A stretch of DNA of 59,420 bases, taken from NCBI RefSeq assembly GCF_006345805.1, contig NW_021833088.1:1-59420 (forward strand). Reading direction: 5' to 3'. This document shows positions 38,628 through 51,408 of the stretch, piece after piece (positions within the stretch are counted from its first letter, which is position 1; each line of letters opens with the position of its first letter). The notes below the pieces were generated by a model, which was not told the origin of the DNA, ran no database searches, and was given only the letters and a program-made list of their open reading frames with translations. The position numbers and the translations under genes were made by a program. The DNA comes from Octopus sinensis (taxonomy: Eukaryota).

Positions 38628-39700
38628 GACAGAGATCAAAGACAGAGATCGAAGAGGGTGCCGACATAGATCAAAGAGAGTGCATACAGAGATCAAAGAG
38701 GGTAACGAAAGAGATGAAAGACGGTGCCGACAGATATCAAAGAAGGTGCCGACAGAAATCAAAGAGGGTGCCGAAAGAGATCAGAGAGGGTCCCGAAAGA
38801 GATCAAAGAGGTAGCGTAAAGACATCAAAGAGGGTGTCGATAGAGATCAAAGAGGGTGCCGAAAGAGATCAAAGAGGGTGCCGACAGAGATGAAAGACGG
38901 TGCCGACAGAGATCAAAAAGGGTGCCGACAGAGATCAAAGACAGTGCCGACAGAGATCAAAGATGGTGCCGAAAAGAGATCAAAGACGGTGCCGACAGAG
39001 ATCAAAGACGGTGCCGAAAAGAGAGCAAAGAGGGTGGCAAAAGCGATCAAAGACGGTGCCGACAGATATCAAAGACGGTGCCGAAAGAGATCAAAGACGG
39101 TGTCGACAGAGATCAAAGAGGGAGTCGACATAGATCAAAGAGGGTGCTGACAGAGATCAAAGAAGGAGCCAAAAAAGATCAAAGAGGGTACCGAAAAGAG
39201 ATCAAGATGGTGTCGACAGAGATCAAAGACGGTGCCAACAGAGATCAAAGAGAGTGCCGAAAGAGATCAAAGAGGGTGCCGACAAAGATCAAAGACATTC
39301 CAGACAATCCTGACATTCCAAACATTCCAGACATTCCAGATAATCACTGACATTCCAGACATTCACTGACATTACTGACATTCCAGACATTCCAGATATT
39401 CCTGATATTCCAGACATTCCAGACATTCCAGACATTCCGGACATTACTGAAAAAGAATGTGCCGAAAGAGATCAAAGATGGTGTCGACATAGATCAAAGA
39501 GGGTGCCGCCAGAGATCAAAAGAGGGTGCCGACAGAGATGAAAGACGGTGCCGACAGAGATCAAAAAGGCTGCCGACGGAGATGAAAGACGGAGCCAAAA
39601 GAGATCAAAGAGGGTGTCGACATAGATTAAAGAAGGAGCCGAAAGAGATCAAAGATGGTGCCGAAAGACACAAAAGAGGGTGCTGAAAAGAGATCAAAGA
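38628..39700 (+). repeat. 22-bp tandem repeat (GGTGCCGACAGAGATCAAAGAG)n, ~40 units, interrupted by a 9-mer block
   Basis: Direct inspection. Confidence 0.95.
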
Positions 39701-39761
39701 GGAGAAGGGGATGAAATTCCTGACATTTGAGACATTCCTGACATTACTGACATTCCAGAAC

Positions 39762-42700
39762 AAGGGGAGGAAGGAATGTTGAACATTCCAGAGTGGGGGA
39801 TTAAGAGGTGAAGGGGAGGAAGTGGAGGAAGGAATGTTGAACATTCCTGAGAGGGGGATTTGAGAGGTGAAGGGGAGGAAGGGGAGGGGGAATGTTGAAC
39901 ATTCCAGAGAGGGGGATTTTAGAGGAGAAGGGGAGGAAGGGGAGGAAGGATTGTTGAACATTCCAGACAGGGGGATTTTAGAGGAGAAGAGGAGGAAGAG
40001 GAGGAAGGATTGTTGAACATTCCAGAGAGGGGGATTTTAGAGGAGAAGGGGAGGAAGGGAAGGAAGGAATGTTGAACATTCAAGAGAGGGGGATTTGAGA
40101 GGAGAAGGGGAGGAAGGGAAGGAAAGATTGTTGAACATTCCAGAGAGGGGGATTTTAGAGGAGAAGGGGAGGAAGGGGAGGGAGGAATGTTGAACATTCC
40201 AGAGAGGGGGATTTGAGAGGTGAAGGGGAGGAAGGGGAGAAAGGAATGTTGAACATTCCAGAGAGGGGGATTTGAGAGGAGAAGGGGAGGAAGGGGAGGA
40301 AGGGGAGGGAGGAATGTTGAACATTCCAGAGAGGGGGATTTGAGAGGTGAAGGGGAGGAAGGGGAGAAAGGAATTTCAACATTCCAGAGAGGGGGATTTG
40401 AGAGGAGAAGGGGAGGAAGGGGAGGGAGGAATGTTGAACATTCCAGAGAGGGGATTTGAGAGGTGAAGGGGAGGAAGGGGAGAAAGGAATGTTCAACATT
40501 CCTGAGAGGGGGGTTTTAGAGGAGAAGGGGATGAAGGGGAGGGAGGAAAGTTGAACATTCCAGAGAGGGGGATTTGAGAGGTGAAGGGGAGGAAGGGGAG
40601 AAAGGAATGTTCAACATTCCAGAGAGGGGGATTTTAGAGGAGAGGGGAGGAAGGGGGGAGGAATGTTGAACATTCCAGAGAGGGGATTTGAGAGGTGAAG
40701 GGGAGGAAGGGGAGAAGGAATGTTCAACATTCCTGAGAGGGGGGTTTTAGAGGAGAAGGGAATGAAGGGGGGAGGAATGTTGAACATTCCAGAGAGGGGG
40801 ATTTGAGAGGTGAAGGGGAGGAAGGGGAGAAAGGAATGTTCAACATTCCTGAGAGGGGGATTTTAGAGGAGAGGGGATGGAAGAGGAGGAAGGAGTGTTG
40901 AACATTCCAAGAGAGGGGGATTTTAGAGGAGAAGGGGAAGAAGGGGAGGGATGAATGTTGAACATTCCAGAGAGGGGGATTTGAGAGGTGAAGGGGAGGA
41001 AGGGGAGGGGTGAATGTTCAACATTCCAGAGAGGGGGATTTGAGAGGAGAAGAGGAGGAAGAGGAGGAAGGATTGTTGAACATTCCAGAGAGGGGGATTT
41101 GAGAGGAGAAGGGGAGGAAGGGAAGGAAGGATTGTTTAACATTCCAGAGAGGGGGATTTTAGAGGAGAAGGGGAGGAAGGGGAGGGAGGAATGTTGAACA
41201 TTCCAGAGAGGGGGATTTGAGAGGTGAAGGGGAGGAAGGGGAGAAAGGAATGTTGAACATTCCAGAGAGGGGATTTGAGAGGAGAATGGGAGGAAGGTAT
41301 GGGAGGAATGTTGAACATTCCAGAGAGGGGGATTTGAAAGGTAAAGGGGAGGAAGGGGAGAAAGGAATGTTCAACATTCCAGAGAGGGGGATTTTAGAGG
41401 AGAAGGGGAGGAAGGGGAGGGAGGAAAGTTGAACATTCCAGAGAGGGGGATTTGAGAGGTGAAGGGGAGGAAGGGGAGAAAGGAATGTTCAACATTCCTG
41501 AGAGGGGGGTTTTAGAGGAGAAGGAAATGAAGGGGAGGGAGGAATGTTGAACATTCCAGAGAGGGGGATTTGAGAGTTGAAGGGGAGGAAGGGGAGAAAG
41601 GAATGTTCAACATTCCTGAGAGGGGGATTTTAGAGGAGAGGGGATGAAGGGGAGGAAGGATTGTTGAACATTCCAAGAGAGGGGGATTTTAGAGGAGAAG
41701 GGGAGGAAGGGGAGGGATGAATGTTGAACATTCCAGAGAGGGGGATTTGAGAGGTGAAGGGGAGGAAGGGGAGGGGGAATGTTGAACATTCCAGAGAGGG
41801 GGATTTGAGAGGAGAATGGGAGGAAGGGGAGGGAGGAATGTTGAACATTCCAGAGAGGGGGATTTGAGAGGAGAAGGGGAGGAAGGGAAGGAAGGATTGT
41901 TGAACATTCCAGAGAGGGGGATTTTAGAGGAGAAGGGGAGGAAGGGGAGGGAGGAATGTTGAACATTCCAGAGAGGAGGATTTGAGAGGTGAAGGGGAGG
42001 AAGGGGAGAAAGGAATGTTGAACATTCCAGAGGGGGATTTGAGGAGAATGGGAGGAAGGTATGGGAGGAATGTTGAACATTCCAGAAGAGGGATTTGAGA
42101 GGTGAAGGGGTGGAAGGGAGAAAGGAATGTTCAACATTCCAGAGAGGGGGATTTTAGAGGAGAAGGGGAGGAAGGGGAGGGAGGAATGTTGAACATTCCA
42201 GAGAGGGGATTTGAGAGTGAAGGGGAGGAAGGGAGAAAGGATGTTCAACATTCCAGAGAGGGGGATTTAGAGGAGAGGGGATGAAGGGGAGGAAGGATTG
42301 TTGAACATTCCAGAGAGGGGGATTTTAGAGGAGAAGGGGAGGAAGGGGAGGGATGAATGTTGAACATTCCAGAGAGGGGATTTGAGAGGTGAAGGGGAGG
42401 AAGGGGAGGGAGGAATGTGAACATTTCAGAGAGGGGGATTTTAGAGGAGAAGGGGAGGAAGGGGAGGGAGGAATGTTGAACATTCCAGAGAGGGGGATTT
42501 GAGAGGTGAAGGGGAGAAGGGGAAAGGAATGTTCAACATTCCAGAGAGGGGGGTTTTAGAGGAGAAGGGGAGGAAGGGAGGGAGGAATGTTGAACATTCC
42601 AGAGAGGGGTATTTGAGAGGTGAAGGGGAGGAAGGGGAGAAAGGAATGTTCAACATTCCTGAGAGGGGGATTTTAGAGGAGAGGGGAGGAAGGGGAGGAA

Positions 42701-45700
42701 GGATTGTTGAACATTCAGAGAGGGGGATTTTAGAGGAGAAGGGGAGGAAGGGGAGGGAGAATGTTGAACATTCCAGAGAGGGGGATTTGAGAGGTGAAGG
42801 GGAGGAAGGGGAGGGGGAATGTTGAACATTCCAGAGAGGGGGATTTGAGAGGAGAATGGGAGGAGGGAGGGAGGAATGTTGAACATTCCAGAGAGGGAGA
42901 TTTGAGAGGTGAAGGGGAGGAAGGGGAGAAAGGAATGTTCAACATTCCAGAGAGGGGGATTTTAGAGGAGAAGGGGAGGAAGGGGAGGAGGGATTGTTGA
43001 ACATTCCAGAGAGGGGGATTTTAGAGGAGAAGAGGAGGAATAGGAGGAAGGATGTTGAACATTCCAGAGAGGGGGATTTGAGAGAGAAGGGGAGGAAGGG
43101 GAGGAGGATTGTTGAACATTCCAGAGAGGGGGATTTTAGAGGAGAAGGGGAGGAAGGGAGGGAGGAATGTTGAACATTCCAGAGGGGGATTTGAGAGGTG
43201 AAGGGGAGGAAGGGGAGAAAGGAATGTTGAACATTCCAGAGAGGGGATTTGAGAGGAGAATGGGAGGAAGGTATGGGAGGAAATTTGAAGATTCCAGAGA
43301 GGGGGATTTGAGAGGTGAAGGGGAGGAAGGGGAGAAGGAATGTTCAACATTCCAGAGAGGGGGATTTAGAGGAGAGGGAAAGGGGGGAGGGAGGAATGTT
43401 GAACATTCCAGAGAGGGGGATTTGAGAGGTGAAGGGGAGGAAGGGGAGAAAGGAATGATCAACATTCCTCAGAGGGGTTTTTAGAGGAGAAGGGGATGAA
43501 GGGGAGGGAGGAATGTTGAACATTCCAGAGAGGGGGATTTGAGAGGTGAAGGGGAGGAAGGGGAGAAAGGAATGTTCAACATTCCTGAGAGGGGGATTTT
43601 AGAGGAGAGGGGATGAAGGGGAGGAAGGATTGTTGAACATTCCAAGAGAGGGGGATTTTAGAGGAAAAGGGGAGGAAGGGGAAGGATGAATTTTGAACAT
43701 TCCAGAGAGGGGGATTTGAGAGGTGAAGGGGAGGAAGGGGAGAAAGGAATGTTCAACATTCCATAGAGGGGTTATTAGAGGAGAAGGGGAGGAAGGGGAG
43801 GAAGGATTGTGGAACAATCCAGAGGTGGGGGATTTGAGAGGTGAACATTCCAAGAGAGGGGGATTTTAGAGGAGAAGGGGAGGAAGGGGAGGGATGAATG
43901 TTGAACATTCCAGAGAGGGGGATTTGAGAGGTGAAGGGGAGGAAGGGGAGGGGGGAATGTTGAACATTCCAGAGAGGGGGATTTTAGAGGAGAAGGGGAG
44001 GAAAGGGAGGAAGGATTGTTGAACATTCCAGAGAGGGGGATTTTAGAGGAGAAGAGGAGGAAGACGAGGAAGGATTGTTGAACATTCCAGAGAGGGGGAT
44101 TTGAGAGGAGAAGGGGTGGAAGGGAAGGAAGGATTGTTGAACATTCCAGAGAGGGGGATTTTAGAGGTGAAGGGGAGGAAGGGGAGGAGGAATGTTGAAC
44201 ATTCCAGAGAGGGGGATTTGAGAGGTGAAGGGGAGGAAGGGGAGAAGAGGAATGTTCACATTCCAGGAGGGGGATTTTAGAGAGAAGGGGAGGAAGGGGA
44301 GGGAGGAATGTTGAACATTCCAGAGAGGGGGATTTGAGAGGTGAAGGGGAGGAAGGGGAGAAAGGAATGTTCAACATTCCTGAGAGGGGGGTTTTAGAGG
44401 AGAGGGGAGAAGGGGAGGGAGGAATGTTGAACATTCCAGAGAGGGGGATTTGAGAGGTGAAGGGGAGAAGGGGGAGAAAGGAATGTTCAACATTCCAGAG
44501 AGGGGGATTTTAGAGAGAAGGGGAGAAGGGGAGGAGGAATGTGGGGTTTTTAACATTCCAGAGAGGGGGATTTGAGAGGTGAAGGGGAGGAAGGGGAGAA
44601 AGGAATGTTCACTTTCCAGAGAGGGGGTTTTAGAGGAGAAGGGATGAAGGGGAGGGAGGAAAGTTGAACATTCCTGAGAGGGGGATTTTAGAGGAGAGGG
44701 GATGGAAGAGGAGGAGGAATGTTGAACATTCCAGAGAGGGGGATTTTAGAGGAGAGGGGAGGAAGGGGAGGAGGAATGTTGAACATTCCAGAGAGGGGGA
44801 TTTGAGAGGTGAAGGGGAGGAAGGGGAGGGGTGAATGTTCAACATTCCAGAGAGGGGATTTGAGAGGAAAGAGAGGAAGAGGAGGAAGGATTGTTGAACA
44901 TTCCAGAGAGGGGGATTTGAGAGGAAAGGGAGGAAGGAAGGAAGGATGTTGAACATTCCAGAGAGGGGGATTTTAGAGGAGAAGGGGAGGAAGGGGAGGG
45001 AGGAATGTTGAACATTCCAGAGAGGGGGATTTGAGAGGTGAAGGGGAGGAAGGGGAGAAAGGAATGTTGAACATTCCAGAGAGGGGGATTTTAGAGGAGA
45101 AGGGGAGGAAGGGGAGGGAGGAATGTTGAACATTCCAGAGAGGGGGATATGAGAGGTGAAGGGGAGGAAGGGGAGAAAGGAATGTTGAACATTCCAGAGA
45201 GGGGGATTTGAGAGGAGAATGGGAGGAAGGTATGGGAGGAAAGTTGAAGATTCCAGAGAGGGGGATTTGAGAGGTGAAGGGGAGGAAGGGGAGAAAGGAA
45301 TGTTCAACATTCCCGAGAGGGGGATTTGAGAGGAGAAGGGTAGGAAGGGGAGGGAGGAATGTTGAACATTCCAGAGAGGGGGATTTGAGAGGTGAAGGGG
45401 AGGAAGGGGAGAAAGGAATGATCAACATTCCTCAGAGGGGTTTTTAGAGGAGAAGGGGATGAAGGGGAGGGAGGAATGTTGAACATTCCAGAGAGGGGGA
45501 TTTGAGAGGTGAAGGGGAGGAAGGGGAGAAAGGAATGTTCAACATTCCTGAGAGGGGGATTTTAGAGGAGAGGGGATGAAGGGGAGGAAGGATTGTTGAA
45601 CATTCCAAGAGAGGGGGATTTTAGAGGAAAAGGGGGAGGAGGGGAGGATGAATTTTGAACATTCCAGAGAGGGGGATTTGAGAGGTGAAGGGAGGAAGGG

Positions 45701-48700
45701 GAGAAGGAATGTTCAACATTCCATAGAGGGGTTATTAGAGGAGAAGGGGAGGAGGAAGGGGAGGAAGGATTGTGGAACAATCCAGAGGTGGGGGATTTGA
45801 GAGGTGAACATTCCAAGAGAGGGGGATTTTAGAGGAGAAGGGGAGGAAGGGGAGGGGATGAAGTTAAACATTCCAGAGAGGGGGATTGAGAGGATTTGAG
45901 AGGGAGGGGAGGAAGGGGAGGGGGGAATGTGAACATTCCAGAGAGGGGGATTTTAGAGGAGAAGGGGAGGAAAGGGAGGAAGGATTGTTGAACATTCCAG
46001 AGAGGGGGATTTTAGAGGAGAAGAGGAGGAAGACGAGGAAGGATTGTTGAACATTCCAGAGAGGGGGATTTGAGAGGAGAAGGGGTGGAAGGGAAGGAAG
46101 GATTGTTGAACATTCCAGAGAGGGGGATTTTAGAGGTGAAGGGGAGGAAGGGGAGGGAGGAATGTTGAACATTCCAGAGAGGGGGATTTGAGAGGTGAAG
46201 GGGAGGAAGGGGAGAAAGGAATGTTCAACATTCCAGGGAGGGGGATTTTAGAGGAGAAGGGGAGGAAGGGGAGGGAGGAATGTTGAACATTCCTGATAGG
46301 GGATTTGAGAGGTGAAGGGGAGGAAGGGGAGAAAGGAATGTTCAACATTCCTGAGGGGGGTTTTAGAGGAGAAGGGGATGAAGGGGAGGGAGGAATGTTG
46401 AAACATCCAGAGAGGGGGATTTGAGAGGTGAAGGGGAGGAAGGGGAGAGAAGGAAGTTGAGAAGAAGTTCAACATTCCAGAGAGGCAGATTTAGAGGAGA
46501 AGGGGAAGGTGAGGAAGGGGAGGGAGGAATGTTGAACATTCCAGAGAGGGGGATTTGAGAGGTGAAGGGAGGAAGGGGAGAAAGGAATGTTCAACTTTCC
46601 TGAGAGGGGGGTTTTAGAGGAGAAGGGGATGAAGGGGAGGGAGGAAAGTTGAACATTCCTGAGAGGGGGATTTTAGAGGAGAGGGGATGGAAGAGGAGGA
46701 AGGATTGTTGAACATTCCAAGAGAGGGGGATTTTAGAGGAGAAGGGGAGGAAGGGGAGGGATGAATGTTGAACATTCCAGAGAGGGGATTTGAGAGGTGA
46801 AGGGGAGGAAGGGGAGGGGTGAATGTTCAACATTCCAGAGAGGGGGATTTGAGAGGAGAAGAGAGGAAGAGGAGGAAGGATTGTTGAACATTCCAGAGAG
46901 GGGGATTTGAGAGGAGAAGGGGAGGAAGGGAAGGAAGGATTGTTGAACATTCCAGAGAGGGGGATTTTAGAGGAGAGGGGAGAGGAGGAAGGGGAGGGAG
47001 GAATGTTGAACATTCCAGAGAGGGGGATTTGAGAGGTGAGGGAAGGGAGGAAGGGGAGAAAGGAATGTTGAACATTCCAGAGAGGGGGATTTTAGAGGAG
47101 AAGGGGAGGAAAGGGAGGGAGGAATGTTGAACATTCCAGAGAGGGGGTATATGAGGGGAGGAAGGGGAGGAAGGGAAGAAAGGAATGTTGAAATTCCAGA
47201 GAGGGGGATTTGAGAGGAGAATGGGAGGAAGTTATGGGAGGAATGTTCAACATTCCAGAGAGGGGGATTTGAGAGGTGAAGGGGAGGAATGGGAGAAAGG
47301 AATGTTCAACATTCCAGAGAGGGGGATTTTAGAGGAGAAGGGGAGGAAGGGGAGGGAGGAATGTTGAACATTCCAGAGAGGGGGATTTGAGAGGTGAAGG
47401 GGAGGAAGGGGAGGGGTGAATGTTCAACATTCCAGAGAGGGGGATTTGAGAGGAGAAGAGGAGGAAGAGGAGGAGGGATTGTTGAATATTCCAGAGAGGG
47501 GGATTTGAGAGGAGAAGGGGAGGAAGGGAAGGAAGGATTGTTGAACATTCCAGAGAGGGGGATTTTAGAGGAGAAGGGGAGGAAGGGGAGGGAGGAATGT
47601 TGAACATTCCAGAGAGGGGGATTTGAGAGGTGAAGGGGAGGAAGGGGAGAATGGAATGTTCAACATTCCTGAGAGGGGGGTTTTAGAGGAGAAGGGGAGG
47701 AAGGGGAGGGAGGAATGTTGAACATTCCAGAGAGGGGGATTTGAGAGGTGAAGGGGAGGAAGGGGAGAAAGGAATGTTCAACATTCCTGAGAGGGGGATT
47801 TTAGAGGAGAGGGGATGAAGGGGAGGAAGGATTGTTGAACATTCCAAGAGAGGGGGATTTTAGAGGAGAAGGGGAGGAAGGGGAGGGATGAATGTTGAAC
47901 ATTCCAGAGAGGGGGATTTGAGAGGTGAAGGGGAGGAAGGGAGGGGGGAATGTTGAACATTCCAGAGAGGGGGATTTGAGAGGAGAAGGGGAGAAGGGAA
48001 GGAAGGATTGTTGAACATTCCAAGAGAGGGGGATTTTAGAGGAGAAGGGGAGGAAGGGGAGGGAGGAATGTTGAACATTCCAGAGAGGGGGATTTGAGAG
48101 GTGAAGGGGAGGAAGGGGAGAAAGGAATGTTGAACATTCCAGAGAGGGGGATTTGAGAGGAGAATGGGAGGAAGGGGAGGGAGGAATGTTGAACATTCCA
48201 GAGAGGGGGATTTGACAGGTGAAGGGGAGGAAGGGGAGAAAGGAATGTTCAACATTCCAGAGAGGGGGATTGTAGAGGAGAAGGGGAGGACTGGGAGGGA
48301 GGAATGTTGAACATTCCAGAGAGGGGGATTTGAGAGGTGAAGGGGAGGAAGGGCAGAAAGGAATGTTCAACATTCCTGAGAGGGGGGTTTTAGAGGAGAA
48401 GGAAATGAAGCGGAGGGAGGAATGTTGAACATTCCAGAGAGGGGGATTTTAGAGGAGAAGGGGAGGAAGGGGAGAAAGGAATGTTCAACATTCCAGAGAG
48501 GGGGATTTGAGAGGAGAAGGGGAGGAAGGGAAGGAAGGATTGTTGAACATTCCAGAGAGGGGGATTTTAGAGGAGAAGGGGAGGAAGGGGAGGGAGGAAT
48601 GTTGAACATTCCAGAGAGGGGGATTTGAGAGGTGAAGGGGAGGAAGGGGAGAAAGGAATGTTGAACATTCCAGAGAGGGGGATTTGAGAGGTGAAGGGGA

Positions 48701-51408
48701 GGAAGTGAAGGATGTAATGTTGAACATTTCAGAGAGGGAGATTTGAGAGTAGAAGGGGAGGTAGGATCATTGGACATTCCAGATAGGGGGATTTGAGAGT
48801 TGAAGGGAAGAAGCGTAGGAAGGATCGTTGAACATTCCAGGGAGGGGGATTTGAGAGGAGAATGGGAGGAAGGGGAGGGAGGAATGTTGAACATTCCTGA
48901 GAGGGGGATTTGAGTAGAGAAGCGGAGGATGGGGAGGATGGAATGTTGAACATTCCAGAGAGGGGGATTTGAGAGGTAAAGTGGAGGAAGGGGAGGGAGG
49001 AATGTTGAACTTTCCTGAGAGGGGTATTTGAGAGTAGAAGGGGAAGAAGGAGAGGAACGAATGTTGAACATTCCTGAGAGGGGGGATTTCAGAGGTGAAG
49101 GGGAGGAAGGGGAGGAAGGATCGTTGAACATCCCATAGAAGGGGATTTGAGAGGTGAAGGGTAGGAAGGGGGGGAAGTATGAACATTCCTCAGAGGGGGA
49201 TTTGAGAGGTGATGAGGAGGAAGGGGAGGATAGAATGTTGAACATTCCAGAGAGGGGGAGGAAGGAATGTTGAACATTCCAGTGAGGGGGATTTGAGAGG
49301 TAAAGGCGAGTAAGGGGAGGAAGGAATGTTATACATTCCAGTGAGGTGGATTTCAGGGTTGAAGGGAGGAAGGAGAGGAAGGATCGTTGAACATTCAAGG
49401 GAGGGGGATTTAAAAGGTGAAGGTGAGGAAGGGGAGGAAGGAATGTTGATCATTCCAGAGAGGGGGATTTGAGAGGTAAAGGGGAGGGGGGAATGTTGAA
49501 CATTCCAGAGAGGGGGGTAGGAATGAATTTTGAACATTCCAGTGGGGGGATGTGAGAGGTGAAGGGGAGGAAGGAATGTTGAACATTCCTGAGAGGGGGA
49601 CTTGAGACGTGAAGGGGTTGAAGGGGAGTTCTGATCGTTGAACATTCCAGAGAGGGGGATTTCAAAGGTGAAGGGGTGGAAGGTGAGGAAAGAATGTTGA
49701 ACATCGCAGAGAGGGGAATTTGAGAGGTGAAGGGAAGGAAGGGGAGTGGGGAATGTTGAACATTCGTGAGAGGTGGATTTGAGAGGTGAAGGGGAGGAAG
49801 GGGAGGTTGGAATCTTTAACATTCCAGAGAGGGGGGAGGAAGGAATGTTGAACATTCCAGAGAGGGGGATTTGAGAGGTGAAGGGGAGGAAAGGGAGGAA
49901 GGAATGTTGAACATTCCAGAGAGGGGGATTTGAGAGGTGAAAGGAAGGAAGGGGAGGAAGGATCGTTGAACATTCCAGAGAGGGGGATTTGAGAGTTGAA
50001 GGGAAGAAGGGGAGGAAGGCTCGTTGAACATTCCAGAGTGGGGGATTTGAGAAGTTAAGTGGTTGAAGGGGAGGGAGGAATGTTGAACATTCCTGAGAGG
50101 GGGATTTGATAGGTGAATGGGAGGAAGGGGAGGAAGGATCGTTGAACATTCCAGAGAGGGGGATTTCAAAGGTGAAGGGGAGGAAGGGAATGAAGATATG
50201 TTGAACATTCCAGAGAGGGGGGTTTGAGAGGTGGAGGGGAGGAAAGTGTGGAAGGAATGTTGAACATTCCAGAGAGGGGGATTTGAGAGGTGAAGTGGAG
50301 GAGGTGCGGGGGCAATTTTGAATATTCCAGAGAGGGGGAAGGAATGAATTTTTTATATTCCAGAGAGGGTGATTTGAGAGGTGAAGGAGAGGAAGGAGAG
50401 GAAGGAATGTTGAAATTCCTGAGAGGGGGATTTGAAAGGTGAAGGGGAGGAATGATCGTTGAACATTCCAGAGATGGGGATTTTAGAGGTGAAGGGGAGG
50501 AAGGGGAGGAAAGAATGTTGAACATTCCAGAGAGGAGGATTTTAGAGATGAAGGGTAGGAAGAGCAGGAATGATCGTTGTACATTCCACAGAGGGGGATT
50601 TGAGAGTTGAAGGGAGCAAGGGGAGGAAGGATCGTTGAACATTCTAGAGAGGGGGATTTGAGAGGTGAAGGGGTATTTGAGAGGAGAAGTGGAGTAAGTG
50701 GAGGAAGGAATGTTGAACATTCCTGAGAGGGGGATTTTAATGATGAAGGGGAGGAAGGATCGTTGAACATTCCAGTGAGGGGGATTTGAGAGGTGAAGGG
50801 GAGGAAGGGGAGGACGGAATGTTGAATATTCCAGAGTGGGTTATTTGAGAGGTGAAGTGGTGGAAGGGGAGGAAGGATCGTTGAACATTCCAGAGAGGGG
50901 GATTTGAAAGGTGAAGGGGAGGAAGGGGAGGAAGGAATGTTGAACATTACAGAGAGGGGCATTATAGAAGTGAAGTGAAGAAGGGGAGGGAGGAATGTTG
51001 AAAATTCCTGAGAGGGGGATTTGAAAGGTGAAGGGCTGGAAGGGGAGGAAAGAATGTTGAAAATTCCAGAGAGGGGGATTTGAGAGGTGAAGGAGAGGAA
51101 GGGGAGGACGGATCGTTGAACATTCCAGAGAGGGGGATTTGAGAGGTGAAGGGGAGGAATGGGAGGATGTTAAATTTTACAGTGAGGGGGATTTGAGAGG
51201 TGAAGGGAGGAAGGAATGTTGAACATTCCATGGAGGTGGGCTTGAGAGGTGAAGAGGAGGAAGGGGAGGTAGGATCGTTGAATATTCCAGAGAGGGGGAT
51301 TTCAGAGTTGAATGGGAGGAAGGATAGGAAGGAATGTTGAACATTCCAGAGAGGGGTATTTGAGTGTTGAAGGAGAGGAAGGGGAGGAAGGATCGTTGAA
51401 CATTCCAG
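39762..51408 (+). repeat. ~59-bp purine-rich satellite, ~200 units, each with palindrome GGAATGTT-N-AACATTCC
   Basis: Consensus GGAATGTTGAACATTCCAGAGAGGGGGATTTGAGAGGTGAAGGGGAGGAAGGGGAG(GGA/AAA); one-base shift per 60-nt line gives a 59-bp period. Confidence 0.97.

Noticed and set aside
38527-39686. Repetitive ORFs (TEIKDGADRDQR, PDIPDI)
   Set aside because: Translations of the 22-bp and 9-bp repeats; the 22-bp period is not a multiple of 3
39762-51408. CRISPR-like array (regularly spaced palindromic repeats)
   Set aside because: The intervening sequences are near-identical rather than unique spacers, there are no cas genes, and the context is eukaryotic
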